This document shows positions 38,545-48,148 of a stretch of 64,000 bases of DNA, piece by piece. Both the position numbers and the translations under genes were made by a program. Below the pieces are notes generated by a model, which saw nothing but the letters and a program-made list of their open reading frames with translations, made no database searches and had not been told where the DNA came from. Source of the DNA: Chloroflexota bacterium (GTDB taxonomy: Bacteria > Chloroflexota > Dehalococcoidia > Dehalococcoidales > UBA5760); the NCBI GenBank assembly GCA_015222205.1, contig JADFUW010000011.1, forward strand, positions 511-64,510, read 5' to 3'. Each line of letters begins with the position of its first letter. Within the stretch, counting starts at the first letter, position 1.

Positions 38545-39102
38545 ATGATCGACAAGCTCTTACAAAACACTGAAGGCAAGATGCGAACCTGTATTGGGGT
38601 TTTGCAGAGCGAACTAGATACTATTCGCACTGGGCATGCTACGCCGGCACTGGTAGAACATATCAAAGTAGAGTATGCTGGCGTTCCCACCCCGCTCAAT
38701 CAAATAGCTGGTATTTCGGCATCTGGAGCTAGATTACTCGTCATCCAACCCTGGGACAAAGGCGGCCTGCACAACATCGAGAAAGCTATCCTAATGTCTG
38801 ACCTCAGAGTAACCCCCACCAGTGACGGGAATGTAATCCGAATAAATATTCCGCCCCTCAGTGAGGAGCGGCGTCAGGAGTTGGTTAAGGCAGTGCACGG
38901 TAGAGTAGAGAAAGAAAGGGTTGTCATACGCAACCTAAGACGCGAAACTATGGATGAACTAAGAAGACTAGAGAAGAGCAAGGATATATCACAGGATGAG
39001 CTTAAGCACGCCCTAGGCCAGTTACAAAAGCTCACCGATAAATTCATAGTTAATGCTGACCAAGTAGGACAAGATAAAGAGACAGAGCTCAGGAAAGTCT
39101 AA
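38545..39102 (+). CDS. frr: Ribosome recycling factor
   Basis: 185 aa. LDTIRTGHATPALVEHIKVEYAG, IPPLSEERRQELVK. Confidence 0.95.
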   Translation: MIDKLLQNTEGKMRTCIGVLQSELDTIRTGHATPALVEHIKVEYAGVPTPLNQIAGISASGARLLVIQPWDKGGLHNIEKAILMSDLRVTPTSDGNVIRINIPPLSEERRQELVKAVHGRVEKERVVIRNLRRETMDELRRLEKSKDISQDELKHALGQLQKLTDKFIVNADQVGQDKETELRKV

Positions 39103-39144
39103 GCTAGGCTAAAGGAACTTTACTAATTATTGACTATAACTAAT

Positions 39145-39867
39145 ATGGAATCTGCTTCGCAAGCCGCTGGAGAAAATGCCTTATTACCCAACCATATAGC
39201 CGTTATTATGGATGGCAATGGTAGATGGGCAGAATGTCATGGGTTACCCCGGTTTGAGGGACACATAGCTGGCGTAGAGAGTGCCCGCTCTACGATTAGA
39301 TACCTCAATAACAAATATCACATAAAGTATCTAACATTATATGGCTTCTCTACCGAGAACTGGAATCGCCCTCCCGATGAGGTCAGCGGTATACTCCATC
39401 TCTTTGAAGAGGTAATAGACGAAGAGGTCTCCGAATTTCATAAAGAGAAGGTTAAGCTTCGCCACCTTGGCCATCTCGAAGAACTCCCACAAAGCCTCCA
39501 GCAAACCATAAGCAAGGCCCTTGAACTAACCAAGAACAATACCGGGTTGACCCTTGGCTTTGCTTTCAACTATGGGGGGCGTACCGAGATTTTGGATGCC
39601 GTACGCCACATCATCACTGAAGGCATACCATCCCAAAATATAGACGAAGAATTATTTAACAATCATCTTTATACTGCCGGCATGCCTGATGTTGACCTGC
39701 TCATTCGCACCGGTGGCGAATTCCGTATAAGTAATTTTTTAATATGGCAATCAGCCTATAGCGAATACTATTTTACCGATGTTCTATGGCCTGACTTTAA
39801 TGAAAAAGTGATTGACAAAGCGCTACTATCTTATCGTCAGAGACAAAGGCGCTTCGGTGGATTATAA
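39145..39867 (+). CDS. uppS: Undecaprenyl-diphosphate synthase (start uncertain; alternative TTG at 39130)
   Basis: HIAVIMDGNGRWA, FSTENWNRP, IRTGGEFRISNFLIWQ. Confidence 0.9.
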   Translation: MESASQAAGENALLPNHIAVIMDGNGRWAECHGLPRFEGHIAGVESARSTIRYLNNKYHIKYLTLYGFSTENWNRPPDEVSGILHLFEEVIDEEVSEFHKEKVKLRHLGHLEELPQSLQQTISKALELTKNNTGLTLGFAFNYGGRTEILDAVRHIITEGIPSQNIDEELFNNHLYTAGMPDVDLLIRTGGEFRISNFLIWQSAYSEYYFTDVLWPDFNEKVIDKALLSYRQRQRRFGGL

Positions 39868-40034
39868 CCAAGAGACTGCTTAGTAACCCGACCCTCTCTG
39901 GCAGCCGAGGGGATTTTCTAACTCCCGGAGAATCCACTTCAGCCCTCCGATAAGAGGAGCAATTTCCCTAGCCGGCTGTGCTCCCTAAGACTCACTTGAT
40001 TATGCTCCCAAGCAGGAGGTTTAATATAAACCGT

Positions 40035-40877
40035 ATGCTCAAGAAAAGAACTATAACTTCACTCTGGTATGTCTCTCTCCTGGTGGTAGTTGTCTGGTTT
40101 GGTGGCAAGCCAGGGCTTACGACTTTAATAGTTATCTTCGGGGTTCTGGCTGCCCTTGAATTCTACCGGATGGTGGCTACTGCAAAAGTGCCACCGCTTA
40201 CCTACTTTGGGCTGGTTTGGACGGCGTTCTTCATCCTTAGTCGTAATTCAGAGCTCCTGTCACTCCTCGAAGTTCACTTTAATCCTGATTTACTTACGCC
40301 ACTGCTGCTAACCTCAGCCTTAGTCCTGTCCCTAATCGGCATCCTAGCGCGCCGACAAAAAGAAGGGGCTTTTACCAGCTGGGCGTGGACAATGGCTGGC
40401 ATCCTCTATATAGGGTGGCTGCTGAGCCACATGGTAGCGCTGAGGGGCTTGCCTGACAGCGATATAGTCGGCAGAAATTTGGTGTTCTTTGTTTTGTTTG
40501 TTACCTGGGTTTCCGATACCACTGCCTTCTTTATCGGCAGGAGATTTGGCCAACACAAACTGGTACCTAGCATCAGCCCCGGCAAGACCTGGGAGGGAGC
40601 TATCGGCGGGATATGTGGGGCTATCGCAGTGAGCACATTATTTTTTGCCCCCACCCCCTTCCAGCTACCTCTTGTCTACTGGCAGGCAATACTCCTAAGC
40701 GCGCTAGCCAGTATTCTAGGGCAGGTTGGCGACCTAGTAGAATCCCTGCTCAAACGCAACATGGGGGTCAAAGACTCAGGCTGGCTGATGCCGGGGCATG
40801 GCGGCATCCTAGACCGAATCGACAGCCTTGTCTTTGCTGGCACAGTAGTATACTATTACGCTATATGGGCAGTATGA
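40035..40877 (+). CDS. cdsA: Phosphatidate cytidylyltransferase (start uncertain; the track start is 39978)
   Basis: Polytopic. C-terminal signature SLLKRNMGVKDSGWLMPGHGGILDRIDS. Confidence 0.85.
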   Translation: MLKKRTITSLWYVSLLVVVVWFGGKPGLTTLIVIFGVLAALEFYRMVATAKVPPLTYFGLVWTAFFILSRNSELLSLLEVHFNPDLLTPLLLTSALVLSLIGILARRQKEGAFTSWAWTMAGILYIGWLLSHMVALRGLPDSDIVGRNLVFFVLFVTWVSDTTAFFIGRRFGQHKLVPSISPGKTWEGAIGGICGAIAVSTLFFAPTPFQLPLVYWQAILLSALASILGQVGDLVESLLKRNMGVKDSGWLMPGHGGILDRIDSLVFAGTVVYYYAIWAV

Positions 40878-42013
40878 TTACTAAACTGGCTGTCCTAGGT
40901 TCAACCGGCTCTATAGGTCAGCAGACACTTGAGGTAGTCCGTGCCTTTCCCCACCGTTTCCGCATAGTTGGGTTAGCCGCCGGAAAGAACCTTGACCTGC
41001 TAGCCAAACAAGTAAGCGAGTTTAAACCAAGATTTGTTTACTCGCAGGACAGGGAGGCATATACCCACCAAAATGCAGAGTGTGAATTCCTGTCGCTGGA
41101 GGAGCTTGCCAGCCACCCTCAGGTAGACACTGTGGTGATAGCCTCCTCAGGAAAATCAGGGCTGTTGCCAGTGATAGCAGCCGTAAAATCCGGTAAGAAT
41201 GTTGCCTTAGCCAACAAAGAATCGCTGGTTACCGCCGGCAAGATTATCACCAAAGAGGCCAAGCTAAATAAAGCTAAGATTCTGCCTATTGATAGCGAGC
41301 ATAGCGCTATCTGGCAGTGCCTTAAGGGCGAGACACAAAAGGCCGCCCAGCTCGTCCTAACAGCATCAGGGGGTCCCTTCCTCCGTTTCTCACCAGCCCG
41401 GCTAGACAAGGTTACCGTTAAGCAAGCGCTCAGGCACCCCTCATGGCAGATGGGACAGAAAGTAACCATTGACTCAGCTACCCTGATGAATAAAGGGCTT
41501 GAGGTCATTGAAGCCCACTGGCTGTTTGGCATACCCTTTAATAATATCAGGGTTCTAATCCACCCCCAGAGCATTATCCACTCCTTAGTAGAGTTTATAG
41601 ACGGCTCAGTCAAAGCTCAGTTAAGTTACCCTGATATGCGCCTGCCCATCCAATATGCCCTGTCTTACCCCGAACGCCTGCCCAACCCCGAGCTGCCACG
41701 ACTTAACTGGGACAGACTAGGCAGTCTAACCTTTGAGCCACCAGACCTTGATAAATTTCCCTGCCTCAAGCTAGCTATTGAAGCCGGGAAGAAGGGAGGA
41801 ACCTACCCGGCAGTGCTTTGTGCTGCCGATGAGATAGCTGTCAAGCTGTTCCTGTCCCAGCGTATTAAATTTAATGATATTGCCCGTCTTGTCGAGCAGG
41901 TACTAGGGCAACATCAAGCTATAACCCACCCCACCCTGGAAGAGATTATAGCAGCTGATGCCTGGGCAGGAGAAAAGGCCTATCAGCTTATTACCGGAGA
42001 TAGTCCATGCTAG
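40874..42013 (+). CDS. dxr: 1-deoxy-D-xylulose-5-phosphate reductoisomerase
   Basis: I chose the start MITKLAVLGSTGSIGQQTL (ATGA overlap with the cdsA stop). The track's extension from 40613 runs through cdsA in another frame. Confidence 0.95.
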   Translation: MITKLAVLGSTGSIGQQTLEVVRAFPHRFRIVGLAAGKNLDLLAKQVSEFKPRFVYSQDREAYTHQNAECEFLSLEELASHPQVDTVVIASSGKSGLLPVIAAVKSGKNVALANKESLVTAGKIITKEAKLNKAKILPIDSEHSAIWQCLKGETQKAAQLVLTASGGPFLRFSPARLDKVTVKQALRHPSWQMGQKVTIDSATLMNKGLEVIEAHWLFGIPFNNIRVLIHPQSIIHSLVEFIDGSVKAQLSYPDMRLPIQYALSYPERLPNPELPRLNWDRLGSLTFEPPDLDKFPCLKLAIEAGKKGGTYPAVLCAADEIAVKLFLSQRIKFNDIARLVEQVLGQHQAITHPTLEEIIAADAWAGEKAYQLITGDSPC

Positions 42014-43065
42014 CTACCATAGGAATTTTTATTGGCATTCTGGTCGGGCTTATCCTAGCCCACGAGTTCGGGCACTTTATTACCGCCAAAGCCTTCAGGG
42101 TAAAAGTCACCGAATTTGGCGTTGGGTTTCCCCCACGGATATTGGGCAGAAAGCGGGGAGAAACATTGTATTCGCTCAATGCGATACCCCTGGGGGGGTT
42201 TACCAAAATGGCAGGCGAAGAAGACCCCGACATACCCCGCAGCTTAGCCAGCAAGCCCACTGGCATCAGGCTCCTGGTGCTAAGCGCCGGCTCACTGATG
42301 AATTTTCTCGCCCCCCTTCTCCTCTTCTTGATTGCCTTTATGGTTCCCCATAACATAGTAATGGGAAAAGTCGTGGTAGAAGAAGTAGCTCCTAATTCAC
42401 CGGCAGCCGTGGCTGGTATCGAAGCTGGAGATACACTCCTCAGCGTAAATGAGAAGCCGGTAAGCAATACTGGCGATCTGTATCGCTATATTCAGATTAA
42501 CCTGGGCAAAGAGACTAACATAGGCATAAAACATAGTGACTTAATCATAGAGAATGTTAGTCTGGTACCAAGGTGGAGACCTCCTGAGGGCCAGGCGGCA
42601 ATTGGTGTTAGCGTTAAGACAATAGACGCTGTCATCGTTCGTCAGAGTGAGCCCCCCTGGAGAGCTGCTCCCTTAGCCGTATCGGCATGCGTAGAAAACT
42701 TCGTTCTCTTTAAGAACGGAATACTCAGTATACTTACCGGGGCAACGCCTCCTCAAGTTGTCGGGCCGGTGGGTATTGCTCAAATCACAGGGGAGGTAGC
42801 TAGAGCCGGGCTTAGCCCACTACTGGAGTTTGCCGCCTTCCTCAGCATAAACCTGGGCCTAATAAATCTTTTTCCCCTCCCCGCTCTAGATGGCGGCAGA
42901 ATTGTATTCATCCTCCTAGAGACAGCCCGCCGGGGTAAACGTGTGTTACCAAAGACACAAGGACTGATACACCTCATCGGCCTTGCCGTGCTCATAGGGG
43001 CGATGATAGCAATTACCTATAATGACATTATCCGCATTTTGAGTGGAGGTAGCTTGATACCATGA
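42007..43065 (+). CDS. rseP: Site-2 (M50) zinc metalloprotease RseP/RasP family with PDZ domain
   Basis: HEFGHFITAK zinc motif, central PDZ-like segment, C-terminal NLFPLPALDGG. Confidence 0.9.
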   Translation: MLATIGIFIGILVGLILAHEFGHFITAKAFRVKVTEFGVGFPPRILGRKRGETLYSLNAIPLGGFTKMAGEEDPDIPRSLASKPTGIRLLVLSAGSLMNFLAPLLLFLIAFMVPHNIVMGKVVVEEVAPNSPAAVAGIEAGDTLLSVNEKPVSNTGDLYRYIQINLGKETNIGIKHSDLIIENVSLVPRWRPPEGQAAIGVSVKTIDAVIVRQSEPPWRAAPLAVSACVENFVLFKNGILSILTGATPPQVVGPVGIAQITGEVARAGLSPLLEFAAFLSINLGLINLFPLPALDGGRIVFILLETARRGKRVLPKTQGLIHLIGLAVLIGAMIAITYNDIIRILSGGSLIP

Positions 43066-44108
43066 ATCCAAGGCGAGTCAGCAAATCTATCCAGATTGGT
43101 AATGTAACCATTGGCGGCAATGCCCCTATCGTGGTGCAGTCAATGACTAAAACTGATACCCGAGATATTATGTCAACCACTGCCCAAATCAGGGAGCTTG
43201 CCAATTATGGCTGCGAGCTGGTACGGGTGGCAGTACCTGATGCTGAAGCCACTCAGGCAATAAAAGCAATTAAAAAAGACATCTCCCTACCCATAATCGC
43301 TGATATTCACTTTGATTACCGGCTGGCACTGGCGGCACTGGAAGCGGGGGCTGACGGGCTGCGTTTAAACCCGGGCAATATAGGCAAGCCAGAGAAGGTT
43401 TCTACTATAGCTAGAGCCGCTAAAGAGAGAGGTGTCCCTATCCGCATTGGAGTTAATGCCGGCAGTCTGCCCAAGGCGGAAAACCCAAATTCATCCCCTG
43501 CTCAACAAATGGTAGACGCTGCCCTTAAGCAGGTAAGTTTACTGGAGAGCCTTGATTTTGACCTGATTAAGGTTTCCCTCAAGGCTTTCGATGTCCCGAC
43601 GACTATTGAAGCCTATAAAGACATAGCTAAAAGAATACCCTATCCCCTGCATATCGGCATTACTGAAGCCGGTACACCCAGAACGGGCATTATCCGAAGC
43701 ACGGTAGGCATCAGCACCCTCCTCTACATGGGCATCGGGGATACTATCCGGGTCTCCCTAACGGCTCACCCCAGGGAAGAGGTAATCGCTGCCTATGAAA
43801 TCCTAAAAAGCCTGAACCTGCGCCAGCACGGCCCGATACTGGTCAGCTGCCCCTCCTGTGGGCGTGCCGAGGTTGACATCATAAGATTAGCTGAAGAGGT
43901 AGCAAAAGGGCTTACAAAGATTAACAAGCCGATAAAGGTCGCCGTTATGGGCTGTGTGGTAAACGGCCCCGGCGAAGCTAAAGACGCCGATATCGGCATC
44001 GCCTGCGGCAAAGGTACCGCCGTCCTCTTCAAGAAGGGCAAGAAGATTAAAACTATAGAAGAGAAGGATTTTGTAAGGGTGCTGATGAGAGAGGTGGAGA
44101 GGTTCTAA
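43062..44108 (+). CDS. ispG: 4-hydroxy-3-methylbut-2-enyl-diphosphate synthase (flavodoxin/ferredoxin)
   Basis: VQSMTKTDT, ADIHFDYRLA, SCPSCGR, MGCVVNGPGE. Confidence 0.95.
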   Translation: MNPRRVSKSIQIGNVTIGGNAPIVVQSMTKTDTRDIMSTTAQIRELANYGCELVRVAVPDAEATQAIKAIKKDISLPIIADIHFDYRLALAALEAGADGLRLNPGNIGKPEKVSTIARAAKERGVPIRIGVNAGSLPKAENPNSSPAQQMVDAALKQVSLLESLDFDLIKVSLKAFDVPTTIEAYKDIAKRIPYPLHIGITEAGTPRTGIIRSTVGISTLLYMGIGDTIRVSLTAHPREEVIAAYEILKSLNLRQHGPILVSCPSCGRAEVDIIRLAEEVAKGLTKINKPIKVAVMGCVVNGPGEAKDADIGIACGKGTAVLFKKGKKIKTIEEKDFVRVLMREVERF

Positions 44109-44137
44109 CTATAAGAGCTAAAAGAGAGGAGGTTCTA

Positions 44138-44410
44138 GTGGGTAAGAGTAAAAATGTAACTATAGAAGTGCCTACCGCAACGGCTGAAGCAAAAGCTCTC
44201 CCGCCTAAAATAATTACCATTAAGAACTTCTTGCGGTGGAATTGGAAATATATTGGCCTAACATGGGCATCGACAGTAGCAATTGCGTTGATTGGAAGTT
44301 TCTTGCCGTGGCTACTAAGCCCGAAATTCAGCATAGCGCTTTCTATAGTCCCCTTCTTCTTAGGTATTCGAGCGATTACAAAGCACACAATAACGGAAAT
44401 AACTAATTAG
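44138..44410 (+). CDS. Small hypothetical membrane protein (two predicted TM segments)
   Basis: 90-aa ORF, GTG start after GAGAGGAGG. Hydrophobic WASTVAIALIGSFLPWLL and ALSIVPFFLGI. Confidence 0.45.
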   Translation: MGKSKNVTIEVPTATAEAKALPPKIITIKNFLRWNWKYIGLTWASTVAIALIGSFLPWLLSPKFSIALSIVPFFLGIRAITKHTITEITN

Positions 44411-44493
44411 TGAAGGGGAAGTTTGAAGGGGCGAAGCCCATTCACCAACCACCTTATCACCGCCAGCGCTAAAGGTTCGGGAGCTGTTATGAG

Positions 44494-44578
44494 TGGTGGG
44501 GAAGGTGGGACTCGAACCCACACGCCCTAAGACACGCGGTCCTAAGCCGCGCCCGTCTACCAGTTCCGGCACTCCCCC
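44494..44578 (-). tRNA. tRNA-Leu (anticodon TAG), CCA encoded
   Basis: Minus strand GGGGGAGTGCCGGAACTGGTAGACGGGCGCGGCTTAGGACCGCG...GTGGGTTCGAGTCCCACCTTCCCCACCA. Confidence 0.85.
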
Positions 44579-44722
44579 ATAAAGCTAACTCAGGCGTGGA
44601 TTACCAGCCAGAAAAAGTTAACCAATTTGCTATCTTTGATAAGGCTTCATTAGTAAGCAGAACTACCAGCCACTGCCATTATATAAAGGCGATGTGGCCT
44701 ATACTATTTAAATCTAACTGCT

Positions 44723-44902
44723 TTACTCCGAAGCCAGCTTTCCCCCGCTTGCCCAGTTATGCTTTGGGTTATCCTTGATAATGATATGCACTTGGTCTGA
44801 AGGAACGCCCATTTTCGTTATCACTGAGGTTATGCCCTCCACCAGTTGCTTCTTTTGCTCCACAGTGCGTCCTTCCCACATTTCCACAACGACTATCGGC
44901 AT
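44723..44902 (-). CDS. 4-oxalocrotonate tautomerase family protein (59 aa; absent from the supplied ORF track)
   Basis: My own translation: MPIVVVEMWEGRTVEQKKQLVEGITSVITKMGVPSDQVHIIIKDNPKHNWASGGKLASE. Catalytic Pro2, a GGAGGAG RBS 3 nt upstream and a TAA stop at 44725-44723. Confidence 0.8.
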   Translation of the reverse strand: MPIVVVEMWEGRTVEQKKQLVEGITSVITKMGVPSDQVHIIIKDNPKHNWASGGKLASE

Positions 44903-44970
44903 GGCTCCTCCATCTCTTATTAATCAATTAATCAAGACAACCTATCAGCACTCATACCCTTGTCTCAGGG

Positions 44971-45390
44971 CTATTCAAATTCCTTCCTGCCTAATGCCAC
45001 AAATATAAGAGCCAGCAGTGCCAATATCCCTGCAATGGGAAGGGTCAAGATATTACCAGCCAGCGCCAGGCCCCACTTTCGCCTCTTAATAGAGTAGATG
45101 CCACCGGCTAAGGCTATTATCCCAAAAGCAAGGACTACGATACCGACTACCAGCATAATAGTTGACGACACGCCAACTATCTCCGTTATTTTTGATGGCA
45201 TATCACCCATTCCAGGTCCCCACATGCCACCCCATTCACCCATAAAATCACTCCAATCGAGACCACCCAAGGTGCCCATAAATCTACCGACACCCATCAC
45301 CACAATACCGACACCGATACCTATAACCCCGGAAATCATCTCCAGAATACCCGCCGTTGTTGGCTTCCATGTTGTCTCCATCAGATTCAC
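44971..45390 (-). CDS. Small integral membrane protein, paralog A (unknown family)
   Basis: 139 aa. MNLMETTWKPTTAGILEMISGVIGIG... with a Gly/Met/Trp-rich loop. RBS GGAGGTGAATCTGATG. Confidence 0.65.
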   Translation of the reverse strand: MNLMETTWKPTTAGILEMISGVIGIGVGIVVMGVGRFMGTLGGLDWSDFMGEWGGMWGPGMGDMPSKITEIVGVSSTIMLVVGIVVLAFGIIALAGGIYSIKRRKWGLALAGNILTLPIAGILALLALIFVALGRKEFE

Positions 45391-45483
45391 CTCCTAAGTA
45401 ATTTGATAGCCGAGCTGCCTGTCGCCATAATTTATATCATTATTCACATTATTTTGGAACCCCCTAAAACCTTACTCATCCAA

Positions 45484-45837
45484 TTATTTACCCCCGGCTT
45501 CAACCCCAGAGCATGATACAAATTCCTGGTCTGCCAGAGCGATAAATATAATAGCTAGCGTGCCTAAAATCGGCATGCAGGGAATAGCAGAGATGGCACC
45601 GATAACCGCCATCACCCAGACCCTTCTTCTCAAGGCAAAAATACCGCCAGTGAAGGCTACTATCCCAAGAATAATGGTGGGCACACCAAGCGGCTCAAAC
45701 CCCAGTATTCCTCCAGAATCACTCACAAAATCACCCATAAGAACGATAATAGCTCCGCCACCGATACCTATAATACCGGCAATTATGCTCATGATGCCGG
45801 CTGTTACCGGTTTCCACACCCTCGGCATTAGATTCAC
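45484..45837 (-). CDS. Small integral membrane protein, paralog B (unknown family)
   Basis: 117 aa. MNLMPRVWKPVTAGIMSIIAGIIGIG.... Same topology as paralog A and the same RBS context (GGGGGTGAATCTAATG). Confidence 0.65.
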   Translation of the reverse strand: MNLMPRVWKPVTAGIMSIIAGIIGIGGGAIIVLMGDFVSDSGGILGFEPLGVPTIILGIVAFTGGIFALRRRVWVMAVIGAISAIPCMPILGTLAIIFIALADQEFVSCSGVEAGGK

Positions 45838-46163
45838 CCCCTAAATACGATAAACCGACTTAATTTACAAAGTGTCTCATTTTAGCCCTAAATCCAGGAC
45901 TTTTCAACCCCCCTTATTTACTTCCATAAATAACAACGACCATCCCTATATAAAAATCACCCTCTTTTGAGAGTAACCCCATAAAATACAGAAATCAAAT
46001 TGGTAAGCAGTGTGGGGCTTACTCAAATGAACGCCACTGTGGTATAATACAATCCATCAAGGTGCCCTGATTAAGCACTCAAATATAGCGTGAAGTTCTA
46101 CTAATGAGCTGGCACAAGCACAGCTTTTATGAGGATTTGCACAAAACGTTGTAGGGGGGTCGC

Positions 46164-47357
46164 ATGTCTAAAAAGTCTGCAGTCGAACGGTTAGCCGAGC
46201 TTAATCCTGAAACCGAAATATGGTGGGACTCTTCGCCACTAATATACTCTAACTGGAAGAGGAAAATGCTCGATAAGGCAGCTCCCGAGGAATACACTCG
46301 CCTGGAGGAGCAATTAACCCGCTTATTCAACGAAGATGACCCTGCCAGCAGTCTAGTTCGCGGTGTGACCACTAACCCATCGCTATCACTCCAGGCAATT
46401 GAAGGGCGTCCCGACATCTGGATTCCCTGGGTCGACCAGTTAATTAAAGATAACCCTTATGCCGGTGTGGAAGTCCTGTTCTGGAAAACCTACCTTGAGG
46501 TCGTGCGTCGTGGCTCCGAGATGGTAAAGCCTATCTGGGAGGCATCAGACCACAAACTGGGATACCTCTCAGGGCAGGTTGACCCACGCAGTGTTTTCAA
46601 TGAAGAGCTCATGTTCAAGCAAGCCCTTGAACTCGCTGCCCAGAACCCAAACGTTATGGTTAAATGCCCTGGCAGCGCCGAGGGGATTCGCCTGCTTCGT
46701 CGCTTGACAGCAATGGGCATGGCTACTAATTGCACCCTAGCCTTTATTCTACCCCAGTTCGTGACCGTGATGGACGCAGTTCACTCAGGGCTAGTGGAAG
46801 CCAAGACCAATAATATTAATATGTACCGCTGGCGGTCGGTCATTACCCATATGTCCGCCCGCTACGAAGAGCGTGAGGCATTTGATGAGAGCGCTGCTGA
46901 AGTCGGTGTCAAACTGACCCTGGAAGATAAGCGCTGGGCAAGTATCGCCATTTTTCGTAAGGCATATAAAGTAGCTAAACGCCGTGGTTACCCAGGCAAG
47001 ATGCTCTTCTGCTCTATGCGTCGCGGTCCTATCGTTGACGGTGTTGAGCACATCTGGCACCTAGAGCAAGTAGCTGGTGGTAGCATAGTCTTTACTTGTC
47101 CTCCCGGCTTTCTGACCCAAGTGTGGGAGCTTAATAGCAACCTGGATTTCAAGCCAACCATTGAAGATGAGATTCCGCCCCAGGTTCTGGAAAAGTTGCT
47201 GCGGGTACCATACTTTGCCGAAGCCTATGAGGAAGAGATGGACCCCGCCAGGTATGGCACCCTTGCGCCCACAGTTTTCACAACTCAGCAGTTCTCCCAA
47301 GCAACCGAAAAGACGGTAGAATTTGTTCGCCGGCGCATTGCCACCGTACGTGGCTAG
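46164..47357 (+). CDS. Transaldolase-family protein (long form, 397 aa)
   Basis: IWWDSS, GVTTNPSLS and VMVKCPGSAEGI (Schiff-base Lys context) resemble class I transaldolases. Confidence 0.65.
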   Translation: MSKKSAVERLAELNPETEIWWDSSPLIYSNWKRKMLDKAAPEEYTRLEEQLTRLFNEDDPASSLVRGVTTNPSLSLQAIEGRPDIWIPWVDQLIKDNPYAGVEVLFWKTYLEVVRRGSEMVKPIWEASDHKLGYLSGQVDPRSVFNEELMFKQALELAAQNPNVMVKCPGSAEGIRLLRRLTAMGMATNCTLAFILPQFVTVMDAVHSGLVEAKTNNINMYRWRSVITHMSARYEEREAFDESAAEVGVKLTLEDKRWASIAIFRKAYKVAKRRGYPGKMLFCSMRRGPIVDGVEHIWHLEQVAGGSIVFTCPPGFLTQVWELNSNLDFKPTIEDEIPPQVLEKLLRVPYFAEAYEEEMDPARYGTLAPTVFTTQQFSQATEKTVEFVRRRIATVRG

Positions 47358-47418
47358 TCACCAGCGTAAGCCTAATTAACACATATGGTCACATAGTCAA
47401 AATAGAAAGGAGCAAGGT

Positions 47419-48066
47419 ATGCAGGAGCTGTCAATGGATGCTGTTGAGCTAGCGGTTAAGACGGTGGCAGACGTAGCCATTGCCAACGAAAAGTACTTTT
47501 CAGAACTGGATAGTGCCGCCGGAGACGCCGACTTCGGTGTTTCACTGGCCACCGGCTTTCGTGCTGTCATCAGTCAATGGGATGCAATAGACCGTTCTTC
47601 TATCGGTCTCTTTCTAATGAAAGTTGGTGTCATAATCACCAGTAACGTTGGTGGCTGCTCAGGACCAATTTGGGGTACCGCCTTCATGAGGGCAGGCACA
47701 ATGTCGAAGGACAAGACCTCGCTTATGCTCACTGACCTTGTAACCATGCTCCGTGCTGCTATCAAGGGTATCATGGCACGCGGCGGGGCTCAGCTAGGCG
47801 ACAAGACATTACTGGATGCCCTAGCTCCAGCCACGGACAAGCTTGAGGAATGGAGCCAAAAAGACACTCAGGACATTCTGGGTGCCCTTCAGGCAGCGAC
47901 CGGGATAGCGACTGAGACAATAGAGTCCACCCGCGGTTGGATTGCCAAACGAGGCCGCCAAGCCTTTACTGGTGAGCGCAGCATAGGTACCCTAGACCCA
48001 GGCGTTGTGGCTGTAGCCATCATGCTGCAGGCAGTTACCAAAGCCCTAAAGGATGCCTACGAATGA
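47419..48066 (+). CDS. dhaL: Dihydroxyacetone kinase subunit L (ADP-binding, Dak2 domain)
   Basis: LDSAAGDADFG, GGCSGPIWGTAF, GDKTLLDAL. Confidence 0.85.
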   Translation: MQELSMDAVELAVKTVADVAIANEKYFSELDSAAGDADFGVSLATGFRAVISQWDAIDRSSIGLFLMKVGVIITSNVGGCSGPIWGTAFMRAGTMSKDKTSLMLTDLVTMLRAAIKGIMARGGAQLGDKTLLDALAPATDKLEEWSQKDTQDILGALQAATGIATETIESTRGWIAKRGRQAFTGERSIGTLDPGVVAVAIMLQAVTKALKDAYE

Positions 48067-48148
48067 GAACCAGTAACAAAAGGGGTTCTTCAAGGGTTTA
48101 GATTTCAAAAAATTAATTTTTGGTCTTACCAATAAAGGAGGAAACATC

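Noticed and set aside
40613-40873. 87-codon N-terminal extension of dxr
   Set aside because: It overlaps the cdsA 3' end and is Arg/Pro/Gln-rich nonsense. The Dxr NADPH motif (LGSTGSIG) follows the ATG at 40874, which forms an ATGA overlap with the cdsA stop.
44775-45008. 77-aa plus-strand track ORF
   Set aside because: It is antisense to the well-supported 59-aa 4-OT-family gene and to the 3' end of membrane paralog A. It has no RBS.
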